Counted from the first letter of the whole stretch, positions 12,794 through 25,700 are shown. The stretch is DNA of 62,996 bases, filler included, from Choristocarpus tenellus KU-1152 (GCA_964200185.2; 11 parts of 11 records of this genome joined end to end with filler, not necessarily neighbours in it), one strand, 5' to 3'. A program made the numbers and translations. The notes: generated by a model not told the origin, from the sequence alone.

Positions 12794-14978
12794 CATTGGA
12801 CCTTAGTAGGGAAAGCCTGCATGCAAAATGGCACCTAGCTGCAGCTGCCCCTCTTTGACTTGTGCGCTTGTCCTTGAGTGGGAAAAGGTTTTTTGCATAG
12901 AAGAAATGCTTTGAAGGGGGATGAGTGGGGCCTGCGCAGCACTTCTGCTTGACACCCCACCCTTCCTGGGCATATGTTGCTGTAGTAATGGTAGTCGGCT
13001 AAAGGCTTTTACAGTTTGGAGTTAATGGAGTGTGGAGATGGTGCTGCTGCCTTGGTGTGTGGGGGGCTGTCATCATTTGCATAGCTATATATTTCGTATT
13101 GGGGACTTGCCAAATGCACACTTACATCTTGAGTGTGTGCACTGTGGAAGTTCCAGGTTGGATAGACTCATCTATCATAGGCTATTCGTTGAAGCGGGCG
13201 CGGTGTGATGACTTTACATCATGTTATTCCCAGCATTTGCTTGGTTGATTGGTTGCAGTGAGCATACACCCCCCAGTTTGCAGCAGTGGCAGCAATGAAG
13301 AAAGGGTAAGCACAAGGGCGATGTGTATAGGAGATGGGGAGGCTCATCAATGGCAAGGGGAGTCACTGATTGTTTATCAGTGACAACAGACAGAAGATGC
13401 GAGCAATGGCTCCTGTCGTCCCTGAAATTAACCTGTCAGTGTGTGTATGGGTGTGTGTTGATGGTGGTGGTGTTGTAATACCATCCTCATGAGCCGTGTG
13501 CGTTGTTGTTGCTTTTCTTGATGAAGAGGCTCGGGTATTTTATAGTATTTCTCTGCTGTTATGATACTACTACGAAATTTACTATTGTTGTCTTTTTGTT
13601 TTGCGTTTGATTTGGAACTTGGCAGGAAATGGGAAATAAAAGCTTACGAATTTATGTTTGAAATTGTGAGGGGGATTTCTGTGTGTAGCCCTTTATTGAT
13701 ATGCCCTTCTGAAAGTTGGAGTGGGTTGAAACCTGTGGTGTTGTGTTTCCTTTTTGTCCCTCTTGCTCGTTGAGTGTTTTGTTGTGAGGAAGTCGTGTGT
13801 TTGGCTGGATCAAGTGTGTTATTGTTCGTTGTGGTGAGGTGTTGTCCACTGACGATTATAACAGTAAAACTAGTAGTGATCCCTGCTGCGTGATGTATGT
13901 GTATTGTAGTTCTTTGGTGCTTTTGTTGTTTGAATTCTTAACTGATTCAAGTTCACTGAATGGTCACGTGTAATGAAAGAATGACTGCACTACCTACAGA
14001 AGGCAACAAACAGGGAATGTGGCTGTGTGCTGGTTGTTTGACGATGAGCAAGCTTTGATTGAGGAATGAAAAATAGGATGTTTTTCAATTGCATGTTGAG
14101 CAATATTTTGATGCTCCTGCTCGATGAGATAGTGTTGTCATTACACAACTTGTAGTTGTGTATTTGGTGAACAAGCGAAGGAGTAAGTGGTAATATTAAT
14201 AGTAGTATCCCTACTACTTGGTGAAGATAATATAGATGAAATGTGAGTCTTTTTGCGCAAAAATAATCCTCAATTCATGTCATCGATTGCCTATATTTAT
14301 AATATATATATTTGCCTTTTTGCAGCAAGGTCATGGTGTGTGTGCTCTATTCAACAGGCCAACAGCCAGGGTGTCACATCTTCATTCGCAATGTACAGGG
14401 TTGGAAGTGCAGTAGCGCTACTGTTAGTCCTCTCTCCAAGTACTTCCGCAGGGGAGGAGGGTTGAAAAGCGCGTGGTGCAGGATCATTATGAACAACTGT
14501 TGTGTTTAGCTTTCTGGCTGATGATGCTGTTAACTATTGCAATCGAGATTAGTCGGTAGAAGAAGAGCTCTTCTAACGCGACACTGTTGGCATTCCTTTC
14601 ATATTAATACTTCTAAAATACTCTTGATCGGAGTAGTTTTTCGTTTTAACCTACTTAGAAGTAGGAATTCGTGACCAACTGCTCCTACTAAAAGTAAGTA
14701 GAGTGAGCGGTACGTATCAACTACATGGTGTGGGCAGGTAAGAAGGAGTACACGTACCAATTTTAACTCTAGAGAGAAGGGCAGAGAACGGTGGTAGTAT
14801 TCAAATATTCGTTGTACATGAAGTTTAACACCTTCCTTCGACTTTGTGAGGGTATGATAGTCACACTTCACAACGACCCGTTGGCATTTCCCAAAATGAT
14901 AGTGTTCACCACATGAATTACTTTTTTGAAGCAAATTCTTACTATCCTCAGCATATTCGGTTTTTCCGCTAATCAGTT

Positions 14979-15159
14979 GAGCCAAAGTATCTGGGGGGGC
15001 GGGGCGATCTACACCAGGGTGTCCATTTGGACCAAAATCAGGAAAAGTACATTTACATTATCGATTCAACGTATGCCACCAAATCACCCAAATATCGCGA
15101 CATCAAAAAATTGACCCCCAATGGACAGCCGCCACCCCCCCCCCAGATACATTGAACCC
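14979..15159. mobile_element. MITE family B copy (~180 bp, poly-G/poly-C TIRs)
   Basis: GAGCCAAAGTATCTGGGGGGG ... CCCCCCAGATACATTGAACCC. It is homologous, in reverse orientation, to 17315-17494 and 27641-27817. Confidence 0.85.
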
Positions 15160-15329
15160 AAACGGATGAACAGGGCAAAACTCACACNNNNNNNNNNNNN
15201 NNNNNNNNNNNNNNNNNNNNNNNNNNNNNNNTTAATTAATTAANNNNNNNNNNNNNNNNNNNNNNNNNNNNNNNNNNNNNNNNNNNNCAAATGGACAGCC
15301 GCCACCCCCTCCCAAATACTTTGAGCCAA

Positions 15330-16350
15330 AATTGTGGGTCACAGCACTCGTGTAAGTTGTTAGGGGGGTGGGATTATTGCCAGACAGATGGTTAGCTTCA
15401 TGCCGTTTGGCACGGTCACGAGCTTGGGCAAACGAGGTGGCGGGTTCGTCCCAAATCTGCTCAAGACGAATTGCAGGGAGTAAGCCATCTTCCATCAGGG
15501 TTATCTTCAGTTTCTCAACAAGGAAAGGTTTCGTGTCGACTGAATCTGAGGATGACGTTGTGCGATGAACATCATCTAAAAAACGATTCATTGCTGTGGT
15601 GCAACGTAAAGTATATTAATCAACCAACTCGTTCTCTCCCTGTTTCAAAGACGTTAGTCTACGAGCTGATACACTTACAGCATGGGCGGGAGTAAGCACG
15701 GTGATCAAGGCTTTCTGGACATCATCCCAAGTCTTTGGAGGTGTAATGGGGACAGGGGTGTCAAGATACGATTGCAAACGAGCCAAATCACTTGTTGAAC
15801 GCCACTCTACTGTACCCACCAACGCCTGAAAATAAAAGGTTTCAGCTGGTCCTTGAAGAAGTTTCGGTAAAAATTCTACACATCGAGCATTGATTGTCTC
15901 AGGAGATGTGGGACCATACTGACTAGAGTGCAAGGAAATTGTCACGTTCCATTTGGAGAATAAGAGTGGCAAATGTTCCTCTCCAGAACCTGTAATGATA
16001 AGACCAGATGGTATTTCCGAAGCGGAAAACCTGAAACAACTCGCTTCTGACAGTGGAGGTGTGCGTGCGACGTCACGACTCTGTTGAAGGGATCTTACTT
16101 GTTCGGTGCCCAGTCCCCGAGCTTGAAGCTTCATCAGATCTTGAAACCATCCAGGAGGCATGGTGTTCGTTCTGGCGCACTCGTTGACGTGGTGCGCGAT
16201 GAACGCTGGTACAGCATCCCCGAACTGTGCCTGTGAAATGGCCACCTCACAAGTAGTCGAACTTGGAGGTGGGTCCGGTTCTTCCTGGAATAGGACCCGA
16301 CGAGTGTCACGGTCGCCCGAGCCAACACGATGTTCAACGGTCGACGACAC
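15330..16350 (-). mobile_element. Ty3/Gypsy-type gag pseudogene (retrotransposon gag domain), cut at its 3' side by a MITE-B end at 15288-15327
   Basis: LLQGPAETFY..., PKTWDDVQKALI..., LTSLKQGENELVD, then a stop/frameshift, then GLLPAIR...PATSFAQARDRAKRHE. This matches the canonical gag pattern (LxGxA, tW..l, L..l.Q, GL...i, p.t...A...E). Confidence 0.75.
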
Positions 16351-17314
16351 GGGTCTGACATTCGCCTGGCGGTCTGTGAGAGGGGAAGGGGGGGATCCAC
16401 GGCAACGTTAAGCAAGTGTGGTGGTGCTGGACGTCACTGAGTCGACGTCAGATGAGTCAGAATCAGCGTGGATGAAAGACTCCATGTCTTCCATGGACTC
16501 GTGGCCTTGCAGTTCTTCTCTGGTGCTCTTGATGGCGCCAGATCTGGAGTTCTGCGCTCTAGTGCCCGACGTCTTCACCTCGATCGTGAGTTCGGCATCT
16601 TTCGTCCGCGGTCAAACAGAATTCCCCGTCACCCTATTTCTGAGGACACCGGTGTCGCCAATGTGAATCGTGTGATTGTGTGGCGGCGTGGTTCACTCAG
16701 GCAAGGGTGGTGAAGATAATCATAGGGCAAGACGGACCACACGAACAAGGACGAACCGTGACACGAGGGTACGAGGTTAAGATTGGACAAGTGCGAAACT
16801 TAGGAGTGATGAGCACCATCAAAGGTGGGCTTCATCATCAGTCAAGACGTGAAAACAAAGTGGATCTTCCATGTGTGACAACTCGAATGACGAGCTTTAC
16901 CAAGTCCATGAGATTGTTCACATGAAGAACTTCCATGGTTTCATTCTTACAGAAAAGTCTGTCCGTGAAAACATAGACTCTTGACTGGGAACCTTAACCA
17001 GTACCCCGATATAACGGTATATGGCATACGGCAATAACGATATAATAACAGGCAAACATGCTTTCCAAACTTATACTAGTTCCTTGCGCCTGCCTGCCTC
17101 GTGTGCCATCGTCGCCTTCCTCACTCACCTCCATAACGCCATCCCCTCCTTCATATAGTTTGTTTTTACTCTCTATTCTTCTTTTATTGATAGAAAATAT
17201 GTTGGAGGAAGTTTCATACATAACTAATCTAGAAAGTGATTCAATGTTATGTTGGAGTAGATGTTATGGATATGGTGAAGTTGATTTAGTTGGATACTTC
17301 AATGATGGCATAAT

Positions 17315-17494
17315 GACTCAAAGTATCTGGGGGGGGGGTGGCGGCTGTCCATTTGGGGTGAATTTTTTCATGTCGCGATTTTTGGGTGATTTGGTTGCCT
17401 ACGTTGGATGGGTAATGTAAAGGCACTTTTCCTGATTTGGTCCAAATGGACACCCTGGTGTAGACCCCCCTCCCCCCCCCAGATACGTTGAGTC
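17315..17494. mobile_element. MITE family B, complete copy (180 bp)
   Basis: TIRs GACTCAAAGTATCTGGGGG ... CCCCCAGATACGTTGAGTC, flanked by AAT/AAT. Confidence 0.9.
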
Positions 17495-17599
17495 AATAAT
17501 ATAAATATTTCAATATGTGATTCCATCCGTAACATCGAATTCTCACATCTTTACTACCTCTGTCATACCTCCAAAGTAGACGGTTGCATGATAGAATGA

Positions 17600-19200
17600 T
17601 ATATCCCAATCGCACATATGATAAATCTCATCCCCCACTCCCAGCAAACACCACCGTGCATGATGAATGATATGCGTTATTAACCCCCCTATCCTAGCTT
17701 CAATGACAACACGTGCCATCACGCGTCCCCTCAACCATTCAACCTCAACCCTTGGCGTTCACCTGTATATTTTCCCTCTCACATGCCCCGACACACACTT
17801 CGAACCCACGCTGATTTCTCCTCGTCCAGCAAATGTTTAGAGGCTAAATATGTATGACCTGTGTACTATTTCTGATGTTGTCTTTATTGAACTAAGTACA
17901 TCATACCAATGGTATAGGCAAGCATGATCGTTGGACATCTATCCTTAGTCCGTTGGCGTCACGCGTTCCACCCAGTACTGTATCGGATTTTACGACCCGA
18001 TCTCTCCCCCAGCGCCTTAAGACGAACATGCACAACATGTGACGTAAAACCCACCGATCATTATACATACCAATGTTTGTTTGGCCTTTCGGTAGGGTTG
18101 GGTAATGTTCATCCCCAAATAACTCTGACTGTGTTGTCCCACTTTGATTATCCAACTGTTGATATGAATATACCAGAGGCATAGTCAGCACCATAATGTA
18201 CACATCCCCTGAATGCGGCAGGGTGTGTGCGTGGGAGTATAAGTTCACTACACCCATTTTACTTTCCTCTACCCTATTGTATGCAACACTACCTGGACCA
18301 TTGGCATCGACATTTAATGCACAGTTTTTTTAGCACGATAACATCCGCACACCAAATATCTAAATTAACACACACACACCCATCCATCATTCTGCAACCT
18401 ATTATTATGGAACACTCCATCGCACCCAGAAACTCTCTGCCAAACGAGTCGAAGTATCTTAGAGGGTAAGGCCGCGTCCATTTGGGGGCCAAAATCCAAT
18501 GGTGCGATTTTGATGTATTTTGGCTATCAAGTCTGTTAGGAGATGTCACTATCCTTGTTCCGGACATACCCTTTCTTAACGTATACATTTTTCCTACTCC
18601 GAAACATTTTGGAGTCGGTCAAATGTCATTAAAACCCGTGGGAAGCTAAGCCCCAAATGGACAAACAGGGATTAACTCCTACTCTCTGAGATACTTTCAC
18701 TCAAACTAGAAGGTCAATGCCGTTATTTCCCACATTATATGACACCATGTTCCTTTATGCAACTCATGAAAAACTTAGGCCTGCTATTGCAGCTGTGCCA
18801 ACATCTAGACTCACAAGAAATTGACACATGCAAACGAACTCATGAGGCCACAATTATCCTCCAACGATTGGGATTTGGGTTTATACGCCTCTCTGGTATT
18901 GCCGTTGAAGCCAGCCACCACGTGAACCACTTTCTCCCCTCCAAATTCCCAATCGGTGATTAGGATTGTGGAAGACGACAAGAACAACGTTTGTTGTTCT
19001 TCCGTGAGACCACCATGCACACAATTACCCGTCCTTACTACACCCCTCTAAACGTCCATTATCGCATTGCACATCTCTCCTTAATTTACCTGAGACTATA
19101 TCCCTGACATACACCTTGACCGACTCCACACAGTCTTGTTAGAAAATCTTGAAACAAGGTCTACAAAGTTCACAAAGTGAATTATGTACACACCGATCGT
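17600..19200 (-). pseudogene. Highly degenerate putative DDD transposase (Sola-like), interrupted by MITE-A
   Basis: Minus-strand fragments occur in the order HNSLCELC, ~50 aa, AWWSH, EQQ, ILITDW, REA..CG, GADYAS. This resembles my recollection of Sola-type transposases (H..C..C; W..H.lR...Q; l.DW.MK; RE.Q..fGK.G; SDnA..Y). There are many stops and frameshifts. Confidence 0.3.
18446..18702. mobile_element. MITE family A, copy 2 (257 bp, reverse orientation to copy 1)
   Basis: GAGTCGAAGTATCTTAGAGGGTA ... TACTCTCTGAGATACTTTCACTC, with TSD AAAC at 18442-18445 and 18703-18706. Confidence 0.9.
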
Positions 19201-19249
19201 ATGTTCCCTCACGAACATACTTCTCTTAATACCGTCGCCCTAACTCCAA

Positions 19250-20030
19250 GATATCGCATTTTAGGGTTGATATACAGAAGAAGCCACTCTACTCTGTAGC
19301 CAATCCTCTTCACTCACTGCAGCGCTTCACCACCCACGTTACCTGTTTTTGTGGAAGGAATGCATGATCTCCATCGGTTTCTTCATTCAAAAGTAATTAT
19401 TATTTCTTTCAAGTATTGAATCTCACCCTTTCGGAATTTTCGATATCATTTTAGGATTCACCAAGAGAAGAAGTCACTCTCCTCTGTAGCCAATTCTTGT
19501 CACTCACTGCATGCAGCACTTCACTCCCCATGTTACCTATTTTTGTAGAAGGAATAGATGATCCACAGTTCTTTTTTTTCATTCTAAAGTAATCATTTGT
19601 TTCAAGTATTGCATCCCACCCACTCGTAATTTTCGATATCATTTTAGGATTCCTGAACAGAAGAAGCCGCTCTCCCTCTGTAGCCAATTCTCACTACCTA
19701 CCACTGCAGCTCTTCACCGCCCACGTTACCTGTTTTTCTGGAAGAAATGCATAACCCACATCGATTTTTTTGCATTCGAAAGTAATCTTAAAGTATTGCA
19801 TCCCACCCATTCAGAATTGTCGACATCGTTTTAGGATTCCTGAACAGAAGAAGGCACTCTCCTCCGTTACGAATTCTCGTTACACACCGCAGTATTTCAC
19901 TACCCACGCCACCTGGTTTCTTTTTTTGAACAACGCACTTTTTTTCCAAGAAATAAATAATCCCCATCAACCACATGCATTCGGAAGAAATTATTTTTAT
20001 CAAGTTTCACATCTCAACTATTTCTAATTT
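19250..20030 (+). repeat. Diverged tandem array, ~190-bp unit, ~4 copies
   Basis: The anchor GA[T/C]ATC..TTTTAGG...AGAAGAAG.C.CTCT recurs at ~19250, 19442, 19635 and 19822. Confidence 0.9.
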
Positions 20031-20315
20031 TTATCTCCCGTCCATCAACGGGATTTGAAAAAATGCAAAGCCCTCAAAATTACCACTCATCTGCTTTTCA
20101 TGTTTCGTGTAAGACAGGCATTCTTTCTATGGTGTAGTTCACACTCTCCCCACACACACATATCATCTTCGGCAAACTACTCAATAGTCTACTCGTTCGC
20201 CAAACATTTGTGACATTGCTTGTTTCATTTTCATCCCTACCTCACCACCTTGAACAATCAACCCTGTGATTCATATCGGCGTCATACCTGACTGACCTCT
20301 ATTCCTATTACCTCC

Positions 20316-21390
20316 TTGTGTTTGTTGCAACGATTTCCAAAATGCTATATTACATCAAGGACCATGACCGCAGCTGCCAAACAAGAGCCACACAAGAGGA
20401 CCGCAGAGATTGGTTGCGTTACCCTAATTGCAAGGAATACCTTCTACATTGTAAACTCTGGATTCTTATTGCAGGAATTCAATGCAAACCTGCTGGATAA
20501 GGAAAGAGTCGCCTCCATACTGAACGACCTCGCCCAGGATCCCCAACAGGCAGCGGACAAAATCGCGACCATCCTTAGTGCCCAGCCTTTCTCCGTGTGC
20601 TCCCGTTGGATGACGGAAAAAGAGTTGAGGGAATACATGAACGAATACGGGTTTCCCCCCAACCTTCCCTTGAGTGACTTTTTCAATGAGTATATAAGAA
20701 ATGGATTCGTGAGGGCGGACAAGGTGGGGATCCCGAAGAAGTTGAACGACCAAAACATCTTCTACTGCCTTAACGGGCAGCACCCGGTAATGCTTCTCAG
20801 GACACTAACAATGATAGTCCAGGAGAAGACTCTACAGCTGAGCATCTAGCTCCCCGGGTTCATGGCCTTGGATGTGGTGGACAATCTACAGCGATGCTGC
20901 CACAGTAAGCTCTTGTGGAAAATACTTCCGCAAAGCACCAGGGAGACGGCGGAGTCGATTTCCATTGGACAAGGTGTGGTATTGAGCAAAGCCCACGTCC
21001 CAAAATGTGGTGGACATCCTCCACAGGATGATCTTCTGGGTGCGAGCTATGAAGGACTTCCGGAAAGGTTTCCCTAGCGAGCAAGCCCACCCCTGCACTC
21101 CACAGCAGCAGAGGGACAACAGTGACGAGAGTAAGAGACAGAAGGCACTCGTCAGACATTGTAACCAGTACTCTCTGGCAGACATTGACTTCCGAAACAG
21201 CAACGCTGCCTTCAATATAGCAGTGAGGAAAGCGGTTGCCCTATAAGATCATGGCATTTCTCAAGAATGCATGGGAAGACACCAATATTGAGAATGGTAT
21301 CAGCAAAGTGTCTGACAAAACTGCTAGTGAATTCTACAACGCCGTCGCGACTCTGGTACAGATTTGTGCAGACCAAGGTAAAAATTACGA
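20316..21390 (+). pseudogene. Intronless disrupted ORF with a ParB/Sulfiredoxin-like domain
   Basis: FYCLNGQHPVMLL resembles the ParB/Srx y.l.dG.HR..A motif (R replaced by P). The same frame continues past the TAG at 20849 (ETAESISIGQ..VP), then shifts into NVVDILHRM. Confidence 0.4.
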
Positions 21391-22130
21391 CCATTAATTC
21401 TCAAGTGTTTCTTCACGTCGTCAGACATCAATGATTTCTCTTTTGTATTCTGGCGGACTTAACAACCGTTGTATTGTAACCTAACGTCACAACTCCTTCT
21501 GTTGATCTCGACTTTCTTGTGTGTTGGCATCCTTAACCAACTCCGAACACAGCAAGTCTGCGCGGTTCACTAGAACTGTGCTCAGACTTTGGTACCAACT
21601 CTAATTACGTTCGAATCACAACGACCCTCCCATTTCACTTCAAACGTCCGCCCTACCTCTATTTTCAAAGGTGGGAAGAAGGTTACTGTTAAAGAATGTG
21701 GAGAAGGGTGGTGTCTTCCTCAAAATCGTCCAATGCTCCAAGGATGTTGCCCTCCCCAACACATAAAAGATGAAGGCAAATCAAGTGTAAATAATCGTTT
21801 GATGACATGATAGAGGTACAGGCGATAGGGGAACGATGAGTTCTTTGATACTTTGTTAATGAACAAAAACGGTAAGACCTCAGATTGGTTATAGTCATAA
21901 GTGCGATGGTGCATTGAGATGCAACTCAAGAAACCATATGAAATGGTATAGAACATTCAGACGTTGCCGAAGATACCTGCACCACGCCTGACAATTGTAC
22001 GATAGTGGAGGGGAACAATTCAAATTATGTACACATGCTTCGTTTGTAAATGCTGCACACTTGCATGAAAAAATTCCAAACGAATTCGGTTATAAGTCCA
22101 TTGTATATCCTTTATAGTCCATTTTGGTTT

Positions 22131-22153
22131 GAGTGAAAGTATCTTAGAGGGTA
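22131..22153 (+). mobile_element. Solo MITE-A type terminus
   Basis: GAGTGAAAGTATCTTAGAGGGTA is identical to 1078-1100. No partner TIR seen. Confidence 0.7.
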
Positions 22154-22162
22154 CGAATTTTT

Positions 22163-22700
22163 GTCACAGGCGATATGTCTTGATGGCGGTTTCATAAACA
22201 CCATTATGACATTGAAGTTCTAGATTTGATATATTTGTNNNNNNNNNNTGTACTTCTTGATTATTAATTTATTATTTGGTCATTATGGTCCCCGATTGTG
22301 ATAAGGCATCGTTGATCAGTTCCTTTTTATGCGATGAGATTGATGATAATCCAAGTGAGAGATCCAGCATGCTTGACGACTTGTGCATCAGGAGTCCTAT
22401 ACGTACATCAGTATCATCTATAGGCCCGTACATTAGAGCTATACATCCTGTGGAAGTGAGCTTTCGGGGGTGCACTGTAACATGGGGGTCCTACTGCCTC
22501 TCTTCAAACTGGAGAGAATACTCCGTATTCACCTCAACACTTAGGATTCCTTTGTAGCTCCCTACGTCCGCTTGGATTCTCTTTTTTTCCGGTTGGGGGT
22601 GTGGTCTTCATTCATCGTCTACAGGGTCTTCTTCTTCATGGCCTCGTCATCTCCATGGGTTTGATGGCATCTGTGGCTCCAAGGGAACCATCATCCTTCT
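22163..22700 (+). repeat. Dispersed repeat also present at ~46120-46460 (inverted) and ~46850-47130 (direct)
   Basis: Shared GTCACAGGCGAT...AAACACCA[T/A]..TGAC.TTGAAGT and AAACTGGAGAGAATACTC.GTATTCACCTCA.CACTTAG blocks (NWREYSVFTS appears in two ORF-track entries). Confidence 0.8.
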
Positions 22701-25700
22701 ATAGTTGTACAACAAGTGTTCTCTGACTGCCACATCATCCATCAATAGTCTTAAACGAGTGGTTTCTGAATGCCATGGTATAGACGTTGCCTAGGTAATT
22801 CTTACTCGCCATTCGTATACTCACATTCCCGATCCGTTTTCCATGTGTCACGCTGTTGTTTTATTTCACAGGTTCCGCTGGGAATCAGTGATTCGGAGAT
22901 ATCCCAGACCAGTACCACAACTCAAAAAAATTATTGCAACAACCGTGTCCACTCCACTGAACGCCGAGGCAAGGGCAGAGAACGCGTTCGTTTAAGGTCT
23001 TCCACTCGTGGCAAATCCCACTCCAGGTCGAGATCCCGGCACAGGCACCCTCAACCAGACACAAGGAAGACCAGAGAAGAACGCAGAGACTGCTCCCGTT
23101 CACCTAGATGTCATTGTCGAATCAGAGATTCTTCTCCACCCATATTTGTCTCACTATGGCCATTTCGGGGGGGAAGCCTAATTACGGTACATTGGCACAG
23201 AGAAGTGGAAACACATTTGCATTTGGATGATATTTATTGTCTTGATCCGTCACAATCGCCTGTGGTAAGTGTGAAACATGTATTCCTAGTTCTCGCTGGG
23301 TGGCATGTTACAGGCGAATAGCATGTCTGCCTTTTCACACTCTAACCAGTGTGAACACTCTTGCTATGGCTTACAGATGTTTATGTTATTGCTAGACATT
23401 TTGTCTGTATTTGTTGAGAGAGTATTCTTGTGTCTTGTACTTGTTTGTGTTGATAGTTCTGAAGCAGAAGAGTCTTGCTATGACATTCCCTATTTTGATG
23501 ATATTGTAAGACATTTGTCTTGTTTGTTTGTATGTTCTTAGTTCCTAGAGAAGCAAGCCTTTACATGGCAGGACCTTGTTTTTGTTTGTGACTGTGAGAC
23601 ATCTTGGTGTCCTATAATTTGTGTTTATAGTTGTGAAGGGGGACAGTCTACAGCATCACCCTATTTCAGTGCTATTGCAATTTTTTGCCTGTATTCATTT
23701 TTGCTGATACTTGTAAAGAGAGAGATTTGCTGAGATGTCCTCCATTGTTATTTTTTATTGTATATATTCATAGTTCCTAGCAAGGGTAAGCCTTTCCAAG
23801 ACAGCACCCAATCTCTTTTGTGACTATGAGTCATGGTCTTAGTGTCCTGTCGTTGCTGTATTTTAGTTCTGAAGGGGGAGAGTCCATGGCAATACCCAAC
23901 TTCAGTGCTACTATGGTTTTGTGTCTGTATTTGTGTTTGTTTATCTTGGAAGGGGTAGAGTCTTTTTAGACAGTACCCTACTTTTGACGTGTGTATGAGA
24001 CTCTGGTGTAGGAGATTTTCTTTTGAATGTTGAGTCAAATGCAGAGTGAGTGCCGTGAGGTGCGAGTGTCGCGCTAACATATCTGTTGTCAGGGCAAAGG
24101 TTGGAAGGGGTTTTTTCCTCCAGGTTTCCTCCTCTGCTGGATCCCCAACGCTGCCTACTGATATGTTAGGACCTGGAAGTGACATTCATCTCATTTTTGC
24201 TGCGTTCATGATAGNNNNNNNNNNNNNNNNNNNNNNNNNNNNNNNNNNNNNNNNNNNNTTAATTAATTAANNNNNNNNNNNNNNNNNNNNNNNNNNNNNN
24301 NNNNNNNNNNNNNNCCCCCCAAGATACTTTGACCCTAATGCTGGTCCGTCGTAACGCACACGCGCTATTATTATTTTGCTGCACAGCAACAGCTGTTTAA
24401 TTTCATCGAGAAATGAACAGCACCGTTTAATACCATTCACCAGGAGTAGTGAATCTCTCTCTCAAATAAAAATCTCCTGCCTTACCTGTTTTTTGTTTTT
24501 TTTTTAAAGGAAGCAAACAAAGAAGCAACGCACAGCTCATGTCATTTCATATCAGGACAGATGCTTGCTTGACGCTATCTATCTACACGCAGCTATATAT
24601 ATACTAGTACAATATATATATATATATATATATCTTGAACTCACACAGAATTCAATAACAAACAAGACACTCCTAAGATGGTGGCGTTCAGCCTCCACAG
24701 AGTTCAATATCTAAACATCCTTAATAAATGACGAGACAAAGCGCAAGCATGAGATCCACACAAAAAATACATACAGAATTTGCACAAGGTAGCGCTAACT
24801 CAAAGAACTTCTTACACACAAAGGTATACGAGTGTTCAAGATGGCGACAAATCGGATTCCTTGAGTACAATTGGTGCGGCATGTAAAAGGCACTTCAACA
24901 GCCTCGGAAAGAAAAAATACAGCCTCGTTGTGGTGCCAAACAAAATGATTTTACATACAAGGCCTATGCAGGTCCCTATCAACCAAGGGATCACTAAGCT
25001 TATGAAACATTTTTAATATACACTCTACGTGAACATGTGTCTATGTGAACTATGTATGGGTTGGAGAGGCAGAATCCATGTTCTAAGAGCATGTAGTGTG
25101 CGCAATGCGCCAACGGCATTATAATAAAAAAATAGTTCACTGTACCTGAGGAGGAACAGGGGCATACGTCCGCCATTACCCCCCACTTTGCTGAAGGAGT
25201 AACCATGCAACCATGATCCAAAACACGTAATACAAAAATGGCCGTTTTCACTTCCATGCTACAATTGCACGAAAAAGCAGAGCACATTAACCTGGTGAAC
25301 TCAAGTGGGAAGCAAAGCCATCGGCAGGAACAACTTTATAGCACAGAATATGACACTCTTGCTCAAATTCGTCTTGAAGCACCTCTGCAGATACTTGCTC
25401 CACTGTTGTATTACGTACTACTTTTAAGACTTGGGAGCTATAAAGTGTCCCCCCAAAAAGAGAATTCAACAAAATACTTCCAAAAAATAACTGATTTTTG
25501 AAGTCTTCCATGGAATTAAGCATGAGAGTGGGGAGGGGGTCAAAAGAAACACTGATGCAGCAAGAGGAGCACCATCTCCTTTCCTTTTGACGACATTAGA
25601 TGGAGCATGAACGGAAGTCGCAATGCAAACACATTATTTAGAATACAATTCCAGATTGACAGATAGGGAAGATTGGTGAACTATTGCAGCAAGGAGAAGT

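Noticed and set aside
15188-15287. ORFs ending in XXXX/LIN and the repeated TTAATTAATTAA motif
   Set aside because: These come from the artificial linker and are not biological.
16980-17010. Possible primer-binding site (TGGTTAAGGTTCCCAG, minus strand) upstream of the gag remnant
   Set aside because: No canonical CA LTR end or second LTR is visible, and I cannot match it to a tRNA 3' end.
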